DNA of 64,000 bases from Gammaproteobacteria bacterium. GTDB lineage: Bacteria > Pseudomonadota > Gammaproteobacteria > UBA1113. The translations under genes were made by a program, and so were the position numbers. The stretch covers positions 2,133 to 66,132 of the forward strand of contig JAGVJQ010000006.1 of assembly GCA_020051015.1 (NCBI GenBank). Reading direction: 5' to 3'. Every line of letters starts with the position of its first letter. The first letter of the stretch is position 1. Shown one piece after another: positions 9,288-19,229 of this stretch. The notes under the pieces were generated by a model. The model did not search any database, had not been told where the DNA came from, and saw only the letters and a program-made list of their open reading frames with translations.

Positions 9288-9926
9288 TCAACTTTTCCCA
9301 TGCAATATGTCACAAACCTCAGCATCAGATGTTTGCGGAAATAATTCATACCACTGGCTAATACTATATAAATGTTCAGGTGTCAAAACGCATTGAATTT
9401 CATCAACAATTGGTTTTAATGTAATTAAGGTAACAGGTGGTGCTACGGGCACGGCTAAGATAATTCGGCTGGGCTTAAAGGTTTTTAATGCCAGAATAGC
9501 GGCTTTTATTGTGGAGCCTGTAGCGATGCCATCATCGACTAAAATAATTTGTTTTTGATGTAAATCTGGTAATGGCTTGCCTTGACGATAATATTGATTT
9601 CGGCGATGCAATTCTTTTTTTTCTTTATCGATTACTGCTTGAATTTCATCTTGTCGAATACCTAATTCATCGATTAGGTCATCATTTAAAACAACAATAT
9701 CATTATCTGCAATTGCTCCCATTGCTAATTCTTCATGCCAGGGGACGCCTAATTTTCGAACTAGAAAGATATCTAAAGGTAAAGTTAACGTTTTTGCAAT
9801 TTCATATGCAACAGGCACTCCCCCTCGTGGGAGAGCCAATATAATAGTATTTGGTTGAGCTTTATAACGAGTTAATTGGGTCGCTAATGCTCGACCTGCT
9901 TCTTGCCTATTTTCAAATGGGCGCAT
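9288..9926 (-). CDS. Phosphoribosyltransferase family protein
   Basis: 212 aa. F.NRQEAGRALA...LALPRGGVPVA... plus the PRPP-binding loop ILVDDGIATGST. Confidence 0.8.
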   Translation of the reverse strand: MRPFENRQEAGRALATQLTRYKAQPNTIILALPRGGVPVAYEIAKTLTLPLDIFLVRKLGVPWHEELAMGAIADNDIVVLNDDLIDELGIRQDEIQAVIDKEKKELHRRNQYYRQGKPLPDLHQKQIILVDDGIATGSTIKAAILALKTFKPSRIILAVPVAPPVTLITLKPIVDEIQCVLTPEHLYSISQWYELFPQTSDAEVCDILHGKS

Positions 9927-10114
9927 AATAAATTACTCATTTAGAGACAATACTCATACATATAGTTTAGTATGGCTTATGTCTTTTATAGGGTTATAAA
10001 TCTATTTGAATATATTAAACATGCGTTAGCATCGGCCTGTTTTGCGAAAATATGCGAATATATAAACATAATCAAAAAATTACCTGGAATTATAAAGTTT
10101 TCCCATGTATAATA

Positions 10115-10142
10115 CCTCGTTAACTTTAAACAGTTAACGAGG
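10115..10142 (+). promoter_or_regulatory. Perfect 11-bp-arm palindrome immediately upstream of guaB that includes its Shine-Dalgarno
   Basis: CCTCGTTAACT (10115-10125), loop TTAAAC, AGTTAACGAGG (10132-10142). GAGG at 10139-10142 lies 7 nt before the guaB ATG at 10150. A TATAAT at 10108-10113 lies just upstream. Confidence 0.55.
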
Positions 10143-10149
10143 CCAAACC

Positions 10150-11622
10150 ATGTCACTCCGCATTTCTCACGAAGCACTCACATTTGATGATGTTTTACTC
10201 CTACCAGGTTATTCCGCCGTATTACCGAAAGATGTTAGTTTAAAAACTCGTTTGACACGTAATATTGAGCTAAATATTCCATTATTATCAGCTGCTATGG
10301 ATACTGTTACCGAAGCTCGCTTAGCTATTGCTTTAGCGCAGGAAGGTGGTATCGGTATTATCCATAAAAATATGTCGCCAGAACAACAAGCAAAACAAGT
10401 CCGTATTGTTAAGAAATTTGAAAATGGTGTCGTAAAAGACCCTTATACTGTTACTCCACAAACAACCGTTCGTGAATTATTAGCTTTAAGTAAAGCGCAT
10501 GGCGTTTCTGGGATGCCCGTGGTTGAAGGAGATCAGTTAGTTGGTATTGTAACTAGTCGTGATGTGCGATTTGAAGGTGATTTAGATAATCCTGTCGCTA
10601 AAGTAATGACACCAAAAAATAAATTAGTAACTGTCAAAGAAGGTACCCCACGTGAAGAAGTGATGGCTTTATTCCATCAGCATCGAATTGAAAAGATTTT
10701 AATTGTAAATGATCAGTTTCAGTTGCGAGGTTTAATCACAGTAAAAGACATTTTAAAAGCCAAAGAAAAGCCTTATGCCAATAAAGATGATGCAGGGCAA
10801 TTACGGGTAGGGGCGGCCGTTGGTACTGGTGAAGGAACTGAAGAACGTGTTGCTGCATTAGTGGATGCTGGTGCTGATGTTGTTATTGTTGACACGGCAC
10901 ATGGTCATTCCGCTAATGTATTAGCTCGTATTCGCTGGATTAAGCAACAATTTCCTAATTTACAAGTGATAGGTGGTAATATTGCGACCGCTGCTGCTGC
11001 GTTAGCATTAGCTGAAGCCGGCGCAGATGCGGTGAAAGTTGGGATTGGTCCCGGCTCTATTTGTACCACGCGTATTGTTAGTGGTGTTGGCGTTCCGCAA
11101 ATTTCTGCTATTGCACATGTGGTACAAGCACTAAAAGATACACCATTATCAGTGATTGCTGATGGCGGTATTCGTTATTCTGGTGACATTTGTAAAGCAA
11201 TTACTGCAGGCGCCCATGCGGTAATGGTTGGTGGATTATTTGCAGGTACCGAAGAAGCACCTGGTGACATTGAGCTTTACCAAGGCCGTACTTATAAATC
11301 ATATCGTGGCATGGGTTCGTTAGGTGCAATGACACAATCATATGGTTCTAGTGATCGTTATTTCCAAGATTCTACAAAAGAGTCAGAAAAATTAGTACCA
11401 GAAGGTATTGAGGGACGCGTGCCATATAAAGGCAGCGTCTTTAATGTTATTTATCAATTAATGGGTGGCTTGCGTTCGGGTATGGGGTATACCGGAAGTA
11501 AAAATATCGAAGAAATGCGCACCAAAGCGGAATTTGTCAAGGTTACTAGTGCCGGCATGCGTGAAAGTCATGTCCATGATGTGACAATCACAAAAGAAGC
11601 GCCTAATTATCCGATGGAATAA
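10150..11622 (+). CDS. guaB: IMP dehydrogenase
   Basis: 490 aa. [13 protein letters not shown]..., tandem CBS region, and catalytic loop [14 protein letters not shown]. Confidence 0.97.
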   Translation: MSLRISHEALTFDDVLLLPGYSAVLPKDVSLKTRLTRNIELNIPLLSAAMDTVTEARLAIALAQEGGIGIIHKNMSPEQQAKQVRIVKKFENGVVKDPYTVTPQTTVRELLALSKAHGVSGMPVVEGDQLVGIVTSRDVRFEGDLDNPVAKVMTPKNKLVTVKEGTPREEVMALFHQHRIEKILIVNDQFQLRGLITVKDILKAKEKPYANKDDAGQLRVGAAVGTGEGTEERVAALVDAGADVVIVDTAHGHSANVLARIRWIKQQFPNLQVIGGNIATAAAALALAEAGADAVKVGIGPGSICTTRIVSGVGVPQISAIAHVVQALKDTPLSVIADGGIRYSGDICKAITAGAHAVMVGGLFAGTEEAPGDIELYQGRTYKSYRGMGSLGAMTQSYGSSDRYFQDSTKESEKLVPEGIEGRVPYKGSVFNVIYQLMGGLRSGMGYTGSKNIEEMRTKAEFVKVTSAGMRESHVHDVTITKEAPNYPME

Positions 11623-11695
11623 AGTATAAGATTTGTTTTTGAACAGAAATTGGCTTATACTAGTCTAAGACCAGTCTATTATTGAGGATAACATT

Positions 11696-11935
11696 ATGCA
11701 AACTATTGGCGCTTATGAAGCTAAAACTCATTTTTCTGCTTTGCTTGAACAAGTAGAAAAAGGGGAGCGCGTGATTATTACTAAACATGGTCGACCCATT
11801 GTGACAATGAGTCCCGTTGAAGGTACAGATCAAATGACTAAACGGGCTGCAATTGAGAAAATAAAAGCACTGGCTAAAACAAGAACTTTAGGTGGTTTAG
11901 ATTGGAAATCACTACGTGATGAGGGACGACGTTAA
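11696..11935 (+). CDS. Phd/YefM-family antitoxin
   Basis: 79 aa. MQTIGAYEAKTHFSALLEQVEKGERVIITKHGRPI... matches the prevent-host-death family N-terminus. Its stop overlaps the vapC ATG (TAATG). Confidence 0.85.
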   Translation: MQTIGAYEAKTHFSALLEQVEKGERVIITKHGRPIVTMSPVEGTDQMTKRAAIEKIKALAKTRTLGGLDWKSLRDEGRR

Positions 11936-12348
11936 TGCCCTTTGTCTTAGATGCCTCAATAGCGCTGAGTTGGTGTTTTATTGATGAAACAACAAAGTTA
12001 TCGTCAGACTTATTAGAAAAACTTGATACTGATTTTGCTTATGTGCCTGCTTTATGGCCATTAGATGTTGGTAATATTTTAGTTTCTGCCGTGCGAAAAA
12101 AACGCATAAAATATGCTGAAATGATTGATTTTCTAGAGTTAATTAATAGTCTTAATATTATTATTGATCACGAGACCGCGGCAAAAGGATTTCATGAGAT
12201 TTTATTACTAGCCCATAATCAAGAGTTAACAACCTATGATGCGACATATCTTGAACTAGCATTACGTCGTGGATTACCACTAGCGAGTAAAGATCAACAA
12301 CTTTGTAATGTAGCAATCAAACTTGGTGTAAAAATATTACCAGACTAA
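11935..12348 (+). CDS. vapC: PIN-domain toxin (VapC family)
   Basis: 137 aa. FVLDASIAL at the N-terminus (acidic Asp), then TTYDATYLELA and LASKD, matching the conserved acidic positions of a PIN domain. Confidence 0.85.
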   Translation: MPFVLDASIALSWCFIDETTKLSSDLLEKLDTDFAYVPALWPLDVGNILVSAVRKKRIKYAEMIDFLELINSLNIIIDHETAAKGFHEILLLAHNQELTTYDATYLELALRRGLPLASKDQQLCNVAIKLGVKILPD

Positions 12349-12366
12349 TTTTATAAAAGGTTAACA

Positions 12367-13935
12367 ATGAACATACATTCACAACGAATTTTAATTCTTG
12401 ATTTTGGTTCACAGTATACTCAACTCATTGCACGTCGAGTGCGTGAATTAGGCGTATATTCTGAATTACATCCCTATGATATGGATCCTAAGGCAATCGA
12501 AGAATTTGCACCGGATGGCGTCATTCTTTCTGGTGGTCCGGAAACGGTAACTGAGCATGATACTCCACGTGCACCAGAAATTGTATTTGAACTAGGTTGT
12601 CCAATTTTAGGTATTTGTTATGGTATGCAAACCATGGCTGCCCAATTAGGTGGGGCGGTCGAATCATCAACCCATCGTGAATTTGGTTATGCAAAAGTTG
12701 AATTACATGGTCACAGTCAATTATTCAATCAGATTGAAGATGAAGTGATAAATAATGTGTCTTTTCTCGATGTTTGGATGAGTCATGGTGATCATGTTAC
12801 AAAATTGCCGGAGGGTTTTCGGGTCATTGCAAGTACGGCTAATGCGCCGATTGCAGCAATGGCGGATGAAGATAGACATTGGTATGGCGTTCAATTTCAT
12901 CCAGAGGTAACACATACTCGTCAAGGCGATCGAATTTTAAAACGATTTATTCGTGATATTTGTGGTTGCCAAGAATTATGGACGACACAAAATATTATTG
13001 ATGACAGCATACACACTATTCGTGAACAAGTTGGAAGTGAGCAAGTTGTTCTTGGATTATCAGGTGGCGTAGATTCTTCAGTGGTAGCTGCATTATTACA
13101 TCGTGCGATTGGTAAGCAATTAACCTGTGTTTTTGTTGATACAGGATTGCTTCGCAAAGATGAAGCTGAACAAGTCATGGAAACATTTTCGCGCCACTTT
13201 GGTATGCGTGTGATTTTAATCAATGCTGAAGCACGCTTCTTGGCTGCATTGCAGGGTGAAAATGATCCAGAAGCCAAACGTAAAATCATTGGTAAGGTTT
13301 TTGTTGATATTTTTGAAGAAGAAGCAGCTAAATTACCACATGCAAAATGGTTGGCACAAGGTACTATTTATTCTGATGTTATTGAATCTGCTGGTAGTAA
13401 AACAGGTAAAGCTCATGTGATTAAATCACACCATAATGTTGGGGGCTTACCTGAAACTATGAAATTAAAATTATTAGAACCCATTCGTGATTTATTTAAA
13501 GATGAAGTACGTAAATTAGGCCTAGAATTAGGCTTACCTTATAATATGCTTTATCGTCATCCATTTCCTGGTCCTGGTTTTGGTGTGCGAGTATTAGGTG
13601 AAATTCGTAAAGAATATTTAACGATATTGCGCAGTGCTGATGCTATCTTCATGGAAGAATTAGAGCGTAGTGGTTGGTATGCAAAAGTAAGCCAAGCATT
13701 TGCAGTATTTTTGCCAGTAAAATCAGTCGGTGTAATGGGAGATGCGCGTAAATATGATTATGTCATTGGCTTACGTGCGGTTGAAACCATTGATTTTATG
13801 ACAGCGCATTGGGCGCGGTTACCTTACGAAGTATTAGAGGTAGTTTCTAATCGTATTATCAATGAAGTCGCTGGTGTATCGCGTGTAGTTTACGATATAT
13901 CGGGTAAACCACCGGCTACGATCGAGTGGGAATGA
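12367..13935 (+). CDS. guaA: GMP synthase (glutamine-hydrolysing)
   Basis: 522 aa. GATase N-terminus (ILGICYGMQ), ATP-PPase SGGVDSS loop, and C-terminal ...[10 protein letters not shown]. Confidence 0.97.
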   Translation: MNIHSQRILILDFGSQYTQLIARRVRELGVYSELHPYDMDPKAIEEFAPDGVILSGGPETVTEHDTPRAPEIVFELGCPILGICYGMQTMAAQLGGAVESSTHREFGYAKVELHGHSQLFNQIEDEVINNVSFLDVWMSHGDHVTKLPEGFRVIASTANAPIAAMADEDRHWYGVQFHPEVTHTRQGDRILKRFIRDICGCQELWTTQNIIDDSIHTIREQVGSEQVVLGLSGGVDSSVVAALLHRAIGKQLTCVFVDTGLLRKDEAEQVMETFSRHFGMRVILINAEARFLAALQGENDPEAKRKIIGKVFVDIFEEEAAKLPHAKWLAQGTIYSDVIESAGSKTGKAHVIKSHHNVGGLPETMKLKLLEPIRDLFKDEVRKLGLELGLPYNMLYRHPFPGPGFGVRVLGEIRKEYLTILRSADAIFMEELERSGWYAKVSQAFAVFLPVKSVGVMGDARKYDYVIGLRAVETIDFMTAHWARLPYEVLEVVSNRIINEVAGVSRVVYDISGKPPATIEWE

Positions 13936-13968
13936 TTTATTTAATAGATGATAGATTAATTGATCTGT

Positions 13969-14109
13969 CGTAGGGGCGTATTGCATACGCCCATCAGGCC
14001 AATTCACTAATCTGGCTAAAAATATCTGTATGATGATGTTTAAAAGATAATCTTTATACTCAATATTTGATGATGTTTGCTAGATGGGCGTATGCAATAC
14101 GCCCCTACG
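13969..14109. mobile_element. MITE, family B (inverted terminal REPs CGTAGGGGCGTATTGCATACGCCCAT ... ATGGGCGTATGCAATACGCCCCTACG)
   Basis: About 141 bp with near-perfect 26-bp terminal inverted repeats. Each terminus is itself a hairpin (GGGCGTAT-TGC-ATACGCCC). A second full copy is at 57390-57528. Solo ends are at 21183-21214, 47835-47860 and 61056-61080. GATC flanks both ends. Confidence 0.85.
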
Positions 14110-14144
14110 TAAGATCAGTGATAAATTCAAAACGAGAAATAAAA

Positions 14145-14594
14145 ATGAATAACGACATCCACTACATGGAGCAAGCGCTCGAATTAGCTCGTTACGCCGA
14201 ACAGCAAGGCGAAGTGCCCGTCGGTGCAATAGTGGTTTTCCAAAATGAAATTATTGGAAAAGGGTGGAATCAACCCATTACCAACAGTGATCCAACTGCT
14301 CATGCTGAAATCATCGCCATGCGTGATGCCGCAAAAAAAATGGGTAATTATCGCTTAATTGATTGTGACTTGTATGTGACATTAGAACCGTGCGCCATGT
14401 GTGCGGGGGCAATGGTACATGCAAGAATTAAACGGTTGATCTATGGGACACCTGATCCACGTTCTGGCGCAGCAGGGAGTGTCTTTAATCTTACTAACTC
14501 TCAACAATTAAATCATCGCATTATCGTTGAACAATCTGCTTTAACTGATTTTTGTCGCGATATATTACAGGCCTTTTTTGCGAAAAAACGATAA
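14145..14594 (+). CDS. tadA: tRNA-specific adenosine deaminase
   Basis: HAEIIAMR and TLEPCAMCAGAM zinc-binding motifs. ATG 14145 (MNNDIHYMEQALELA...) is the likely start, because the track ORF N-terminus (14067-14144) runs through the family B repeat. Confidence 0.9.
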   Translation: MNNDIHYMEQALELARYAEQQGEVPVGAIVVFQNEIIGKGWNQPITNSDPTAHAEIIAMRDAAKKMGNYRLIDCDLYVTLEPCAMCAGAMVHARIKRLIYGTPDPRSGAAGSVFNLTNSQQLNHRIIVEQSALTDFCRDILQAFFAKKR

Positions 14595-14595
14595 T

Positions 14596-16017
14596 TTATG
14601 TTAAGGCTTTATATTCTTTCAACACACGCTCACGTGACATTTTGTAGTCAATAATCGGTTTTGGGTAATTTAAGCACGATAAAAATACGTCACCTCGAGC
14701 ATAAGGATCGTGAATCGATTTATTATCTAATTCGCTTAATTCAGGACAATATTGCCGAATGAATTTTCCTTCCGGATCGAAACGTTCACTTTGAGTGATA
14801 GGATTAAAAATACGGAAATAAGGCACAGCATCTGTGCCAGTTGATGCACTCCATTGCCAGCCACCATTATTGGCAGATAAGTCCCCATCAATTAAATGCT
14901 GCATGAAGAATTGTTCACCTTGACGCCAGTCTAGCCATAATTGTTTAGTAAAAAACATAGCCACTAACATGCGTAAACGATTATGCATCCATCCAGTTTG
15001 CTGTAACTGCCGCATTGCCGCATCGACAAACGGAAACCCTGTTTTTCCTTGTTTCCACGCTTCAAAATAAGTTGGATTGTTATCCCATTGTAATTTATTA
15101 GTTATTAATTTAAATGGCTGATGTTTACTGACGCGCGGAAAATTCAAAAGGATATCCTTGTAAAATTCACGCCAAATTAATTCACTAATCCATTGTATGG
15201 CACCTTCATTTCCGCTATCTAGTTTTTTTTGGTTAAATTCAAGTGCGGCTTGTAAACATTGTCGTGGGGAAATCATGCCTGTAGCAAGATAAGGCGATAA
15301 TTTACTTGTGCCATCAATAGCAGGAAAATCACGCCATTTTTTATAATGAGCAATGATATTGTCAACAAAATAACGCAAGCGTTTTTGAGCTGCATTTTCA
15401 CCGGCAAGCCAAATATCAGAAGCAACAAGGCTATTAAAATTTTTTATTGTAGCTGGAATAGTTGATGTGTTAGCAATCATGGATAATTGTTTTTTGGGTT
15501 GCTGTAATAATGTTATTGGATGTTCTTGATAATATTTAATCCAAGCTTTTTTAAATGGGGTAAAAATAGTAAATGTTTCACCTTTCTGTGTACGAATTAC
15601 ATTGGGTGGAATAATAGTTTGATCATGGTGTCCCTGGGTATGAATATTATTTTTCTCGAGTAAATGTATTACTGCCTCATCTCGTTTACGTTCATTAAAT
15701 TCATATTGTTGGTTAAAATGGACAAATTGGATCTTATATTGCTGACATGTCTTGAGTAAAAGGGTAGGGATATCAGCAAATGTTTCGCACTCCAAAATTA
15801 ATAATGGAATATTTAATGACGCTAGTTCTTTGGATAATTCTCGTAAACCACGCAAAATAAAATCAACACGACATGCGGCTATGTCGTGTTGTTGCCAGGT
15901 TGTTGGGGTAATAAAATAAACAGACAGGCAACCTTCAGTTGCCTGTTGCGCCGCATGATACAGCGCAGTATTATCACTTATTCGTAAATCTTCACGAAAC
16001 CAGTGTAAGGTTCTCAT
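14596..16017 (-). CDS. phrB: Deoxyribodipyrimidine photolyase
   Basis: 473 aa. HWFREDLRISDNTAL N-terminus and the C-terminal FAD-binding block NNGGWQWSASTGTDAVPYFRIFNP. Confidence 0.92.
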   Translation of the reverse strand: MRTLHWFREDLRISDNTALYHAAQQATEGCLSVYFITPTTWQQHDIAACRVDFILRGLRELSKELASLNIPLLILECETFADIPTLLLKTCQQYKIQFVHFNQQYEFNERKRDEAVIHLLEKNNIHTQGHHDQTIIPPNVIRTQKGETFTIFTPFKKAWIKYYQEHPITLLQQPKKQLSMIANTSTIPATIKNFNSLVASDIWLAGENAAQKRLRYFVDNIIAHYKKWRDFPAIDGTSKLSPYLATGMISPRQCLQAALEFNQKKLDSGNEGAIQWISELIWREFYKDILLNFPRVSKHQPFKLITNKLQWDNNPTYFEAWKQGKTGFPFVDAAMRQLQQTGWMHNRLRMLVAMFFTKQLWLDWRQGEQFFMQHLIDGDLSANNGGWQWSASTGTDAVPYFRIFNPITQSERFDPEGKFIRQYCPELSELDNKSIHDPYARGDVFLSCLNYPKPIIDYKMSRERVLKEYKALT

Positions 16018-16022
16018 CTTAA

Positions 16023-17522
16023 TTATTCATGTGTTGGCATGACATATGCTGACTGATGACGAATACCTGTTGGCCAACGCGCAGTGATAGTTTTTAGTTT
16101 CGTATTAAATTGCACGCTTTCACTACCATACATGCCTAAATCAGAAAATATTGAGCGTTTCCAGCCGCCAAAACTATGGAAGGCAACAGGAACAGGGATA
16201 GCTACGTTAATACCAACCATCCCAGCTTGTACACGTCGTGCAAATTCACGTGCACTATCACCATCGCGAGTGAAAATAGCCGTTCCATTGCCATATTGAT
16301 GAGTATTTATTAAATTTAACGCTTCACTTTCAGAACTAACACGTACTATACATAATACGGGACCAAAAATTTCTTCCTTATAAATACGCATGGATGGAGT
16401 AACATGATCAAACACATTGGCACCTAAATAAAAACCATTTGGATAATCGGTATGTTTGAAATCACGACCATCAACTACTAGTTTTGCACCTTCTTCTACG
16501 CCAAGATCAAGATAACTTTTCACTTTGGCATAATGTTGAGGCGTAACTAATGGTCCCATATCGATATTGGGTTGATTACCTGGTCCAATGCGTAAACGCT
16601 TTGCTTGTTCTGCAATACGCGCAACTAATTTATCAGCGACTTCATCACCAATCGCGACCGCTACTGAAACTGCCATACAACGTTGGCCACATGAACCAAA
16701 TGCAGCGCCGGCAATTGCATCAGCAGTTTGTTCAACATCCGCATCAGGCATGATAATAGCGTGATTTTTTGCGCCACCAAATGCTTGTACACGTTTGCCA
16801 TGCGCAATAGCAGTTTGTTGCACATATTCAGCAATCGGTGTTGAGCCGACAAAGCTGACTGCAGCAATATCTGGATGCGTGAGAATAGCATCAACTGCAA
16901 CCTTATCTCCATGTACCACATTGATCACGCCTTGTGGTAAACCAGCTTCATAAGCTAATTCAACCAATCGCATGGAACAAGATGGATCACGTTCTGAAGG
17001 TTTTAAGACAAAGGTGTTACCGCAAACAATAGCGGCTGGAAACATCCATAATGGGATCATGGCAGGGAAATTAAATGGCGTAATGCCAGCACAAACACCT
17101 AGTGGTTGTCGCAGTGAGTAGCAATCAATACCTGGGCCTACTTCATCAGAGAAGCTGCCTTTTAATAAATTAGGTGCACCACACATGAACTCCACAACTT
17201 CGAGGCCACGAATAATCGACCCTTTTGCGTCCTCAATCGTTTTACCATGTTCGCGAGTAACAATCATGGCTAATTCTTCGAGGTTTTGTTCAATTAAGGT
17301 TTTAAATTTAAAAAGAGTGCGAGCACGTTTTACCGGTGGGGTATCGGCCCATGCTGGGAATGCTTTTTTTGCGGCGGCGACAGCTTTATCTACTTCACTT
17401 AAATCTGCTAGTGGAACATGACCAATAATTTCGCCGGTGGCTGGATTGTAAAGTTCACTTTTACGTGGAGAATTGCTAGCTTGTAATTGGCCGTCAATGT
17501 GGTGTGATAACGTATATGTCAT
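16023..17522 (-). CDS. mmsA: Methylmalonate-semialdehyde dehydrogenase (CoA-acylating)
   Basis: 499 aa. GITPFNFPAMIPLWMFP and GNTFVLKPSERDP blocks plus catalytic Cys in GQRCMA, a typical MmsA pattern. Confidence 0.9.
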   Translation of the reverse strand: MTYTLSHHIDGQLQASNSPRKSELYNPATGEIIGHVPLADLSEVDKAVAAAKKAFPAWADTPPVKRARTLFKFKTLIEQNLEELAMIVTREHGKTIEDAKGSIIRGLEVVEFMCGAPNLLKGSFSDEVGPGIDCYSLRQPLGVCAGITPFNFPAMIPLWMFPAAIVCGNTFVLKPSERDPSCSMRLVELAYEAGLPQGVINVVHGDKVAVDAILTHPDIAAVSFVGSTPIAEYVQQTAIAHGKRVQAFGGAKNHAIIMPDADVEQTADAIAGAAFGSCGQRCMAVSVAVAIGDEVADKLVARIAEQAKRLRIGPGNQPNIDMGPLVTPQHYAKVKSYLDLGVEEGAKLVVDGRDFKHTDYPNGFYLGANVFDHVTPSMRIYKEEIFGPVLCIVRVSSESEALNLINTHQYGNGTAIFTRDGDSAREFARRVQAGMVGINVAIPVPVAFHSFGGWKRSIFSDLGMYGSESVQFNTKLKTITARWPTGIRHQSAYVMPTHE

Positions 17523-17564
17523 GTTTTTTCCTTGTAATTTAAAAAGCTATCGTTTCAAAATATT

Positions 17565-17800
17565 CCCCTCTCCCCGCAGCTAAACGTGCATCATTGCCGT
17601 TTCACCTATGTTGAAGCTGTGAGGGAGAGGGGCCAGGGGAGAGGGGTATCTTGCCAATTTGTATAAAGTTGAGCTAAGTTTTTTTTAACAATAATGGGCA
17701 TTTCATTTCAAATGAAAAATGCGTAAATCATGCCAAAAAACTAGCCTGACAGCCCCCTCTCCCCCAACCCCTCCCCCGCACTTCGTGGGGGGAGGGGAGC
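17565..17800. repeat. G/C-rich palindromic repeats, family F (CCCCTCTCCCC.../...GGGGAGAGGGG and GACAGCCCCCTCTCCCCCAACCCCTCCCCCGC-loop-GGGGGGAGGGGAGC)
   Basis: Unit at 17565-17646 is homologous in inverted orientation to 50870-50950. Unit at 17748-17800 matches the two halves of 50810-50832 plus 51006-51037, and the reverse complement of 63951-64000. Confidence 0.8.
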
Positions 17801-17812
17801 ACAAATATTAAT

Positions 17813-18469
17813 TTAAAACTTCATTTCCGGCACATGATCTGGAACATGCAATTCACCTTCGGTGATTTCAATAATTTCTTCTACAGTGACACCGGGAGCA
17901 CGTTCAAGTAAATGAAAAGCACCATCATAAATATCAAGTACAGCATAATCAGTAACAACACGTCTTATGCAATTAACACCGGTTAATGGTAACGTACATT
18001 GCTTTAATAATTTAGATTGTTTGTCTTTATTAGCATGCGCCATGGCAACAACAATATTTTTTGCGCCAGCCACTAAATCCATCGCACCACCCATGCCTTT
18101 GATCATTTTGCCTGGAATCATCCATGAAGCGATATTTCCATGCTGATCAACTTCAAATGCACCTAACACAGTTAAATCTACGTGACCACCACGAATCATG
18201 GCAAAGCTATCGGCTGAAGAAAAAAAGGCAGCACCTTTAATAGCTGTTATGGTTTCTTTTCCAGCATTAATTAAATCAGGATCAATTTCTGCTTCGGTTG
18301 GATAAGGGCCCATGCCAAGTAACCCGTTTTCCGATTGCAACATAACTTGAATATCGGCGGGAATATAGTTGGCAACTAAAGTTGGAATACCAATTCCTAA
18401 ATTAACATAATATCCATCATACACTTCTTGAGCGATGCGCATGGCAATTTGTTCTCGAGTTAGTGGCAT
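17813..18469 (-). CDS. scoB: 3-oxoacid CoA-transferase subunit B
   Basis: 218 aa. ...ENGLLGMGP... and GGAMDLV blocks typical of the CoA-transferase beta subunit. ATGA-type overlap with subunit A. Confidence 0.9.
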   Translation of the reverse strand: MPLTREQIAMRIAQEVYDGYYVNLGIGIPTLVANYIPADIQVMLQSENGLLGMGPYPTEAEIDPDLINAGKETITAIKGAAFFSSADSFAMIRGGHVDLTVLGAFEVDQHGNIASWMIPGKMIKGMGGAMDLVAGAKNIVVAMAHANKDKQSKLLKQCTLPLTGVNCIRRVVTDYAVLDIYDGAFHLLERAPGVTVEEIIEITEGELHVPDHVPEMKF

Positions 18470-19176
18470 TATTTATCCTCCTTTCTTGTCATGCGACGTT
18501 CAATACGTTTTTCAAACGTACCTTTAATTATGCGATCAACATAAATACCTGGGGTGTGAATAAAGTTTGGATCTAATTCACCCGGTTCAACAATTTCTTC
18601 AACTTCTACTACGGTGATGTTACTTGCCGTTGCCATCATGGGGTTAAAGTTCATGGCAGTTTCACGATAAATTAAATTACCATAAGTATCAGCTTTCCAA
18701 GCTTTAATTAGCGAGAAATCAGCAGTGAGCGCTTTTTCTAAAATGTATTTGCGGCCATCAAACTCACGTACTTCTTTATTTTCACCAACGGGTGTGCCAT
18801 ATCCGGTTGCGGTATAAAATGCAGGAATACCCGCACCGCCAGCACGGATTTTTTCAGCCAAGGTTCCTTGCGGTGTTAAAATAGCTTCTAATTCACCGGA
18901 GATAGATAGTTTTTCAAAAAGGGCATTTTCACCAACATAAGAACTAATCATGGTTTTAATTTGGCGTTTTTCCATCCATAGCCCTAAGCCAAATCCATCG
19001 ACCCCAGCATTATTAGAAATACAAGTTAAGCCGCTATAGCCTAATTCATGAATCAGACGAATGAGGCCTTCAGGAATGCCACATAAGCCAAAACCGCCAA
19101 TCATGACAGTCATATTATTAGTAAAGCCTGCTAAGGCCTCTTCGTAGGTATTAACTACTTTATTTAAACCGGTCAT
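18469..19176 (-). CDS. scoA: 3-oxoacid CoA-transferase subunit A
   Basis: 235 aa. [12 protein letters not shown] and [12 protein letters not shown] blocks typical of the CoA-transferase alpha subunit. Confidence 0.9.
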   Translation of the reverse strand: MTGLNKVVNTYEEALAGFTNNMTVMIGGFGLCGIPEGLIRLIHELGYSGLTCISNNAGVDGFGLGLWMEKRQIKTMISSYVGENALFEKLSISGELEAILTPQGTLAEKIRAGGAGIPAFYTATGYGTPVGENKEVREFDGRKYILEKALTADFSLIKAWKADTYGNLIYRETAMNFNPMMATASNITVVEVEEIVEPGELDPNFIHTPGIYVDRIIKGTFEKRIERRMTRKEDK

Positions 19177-19229
19177 GTAGTTTCCTTATGATTTGTTTTG
19201 ATAAATTCAATTTGCGCGGTACACTTGCG

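Noticed and set aside
9288-9926. Phosphoribosyltransferase as a possible retron or defence-system effector
   Set aside because: No reverse transcriptase, msr/msd-like structured RNA or other defence gene is adjacent. The sequence looks like the common stand-alone PRTase family found in many genomes.
14067-14144. N-terminal 26-codon extension of tadA in the ORF track
   Set aside because: The extension is a read-through of the family B MITE terminus (MMMFARWAYAIRPYV = ATGGGCGTATGCAATACGCCCCTAC...). The conserved TadA sequence begins at ATG 14145.
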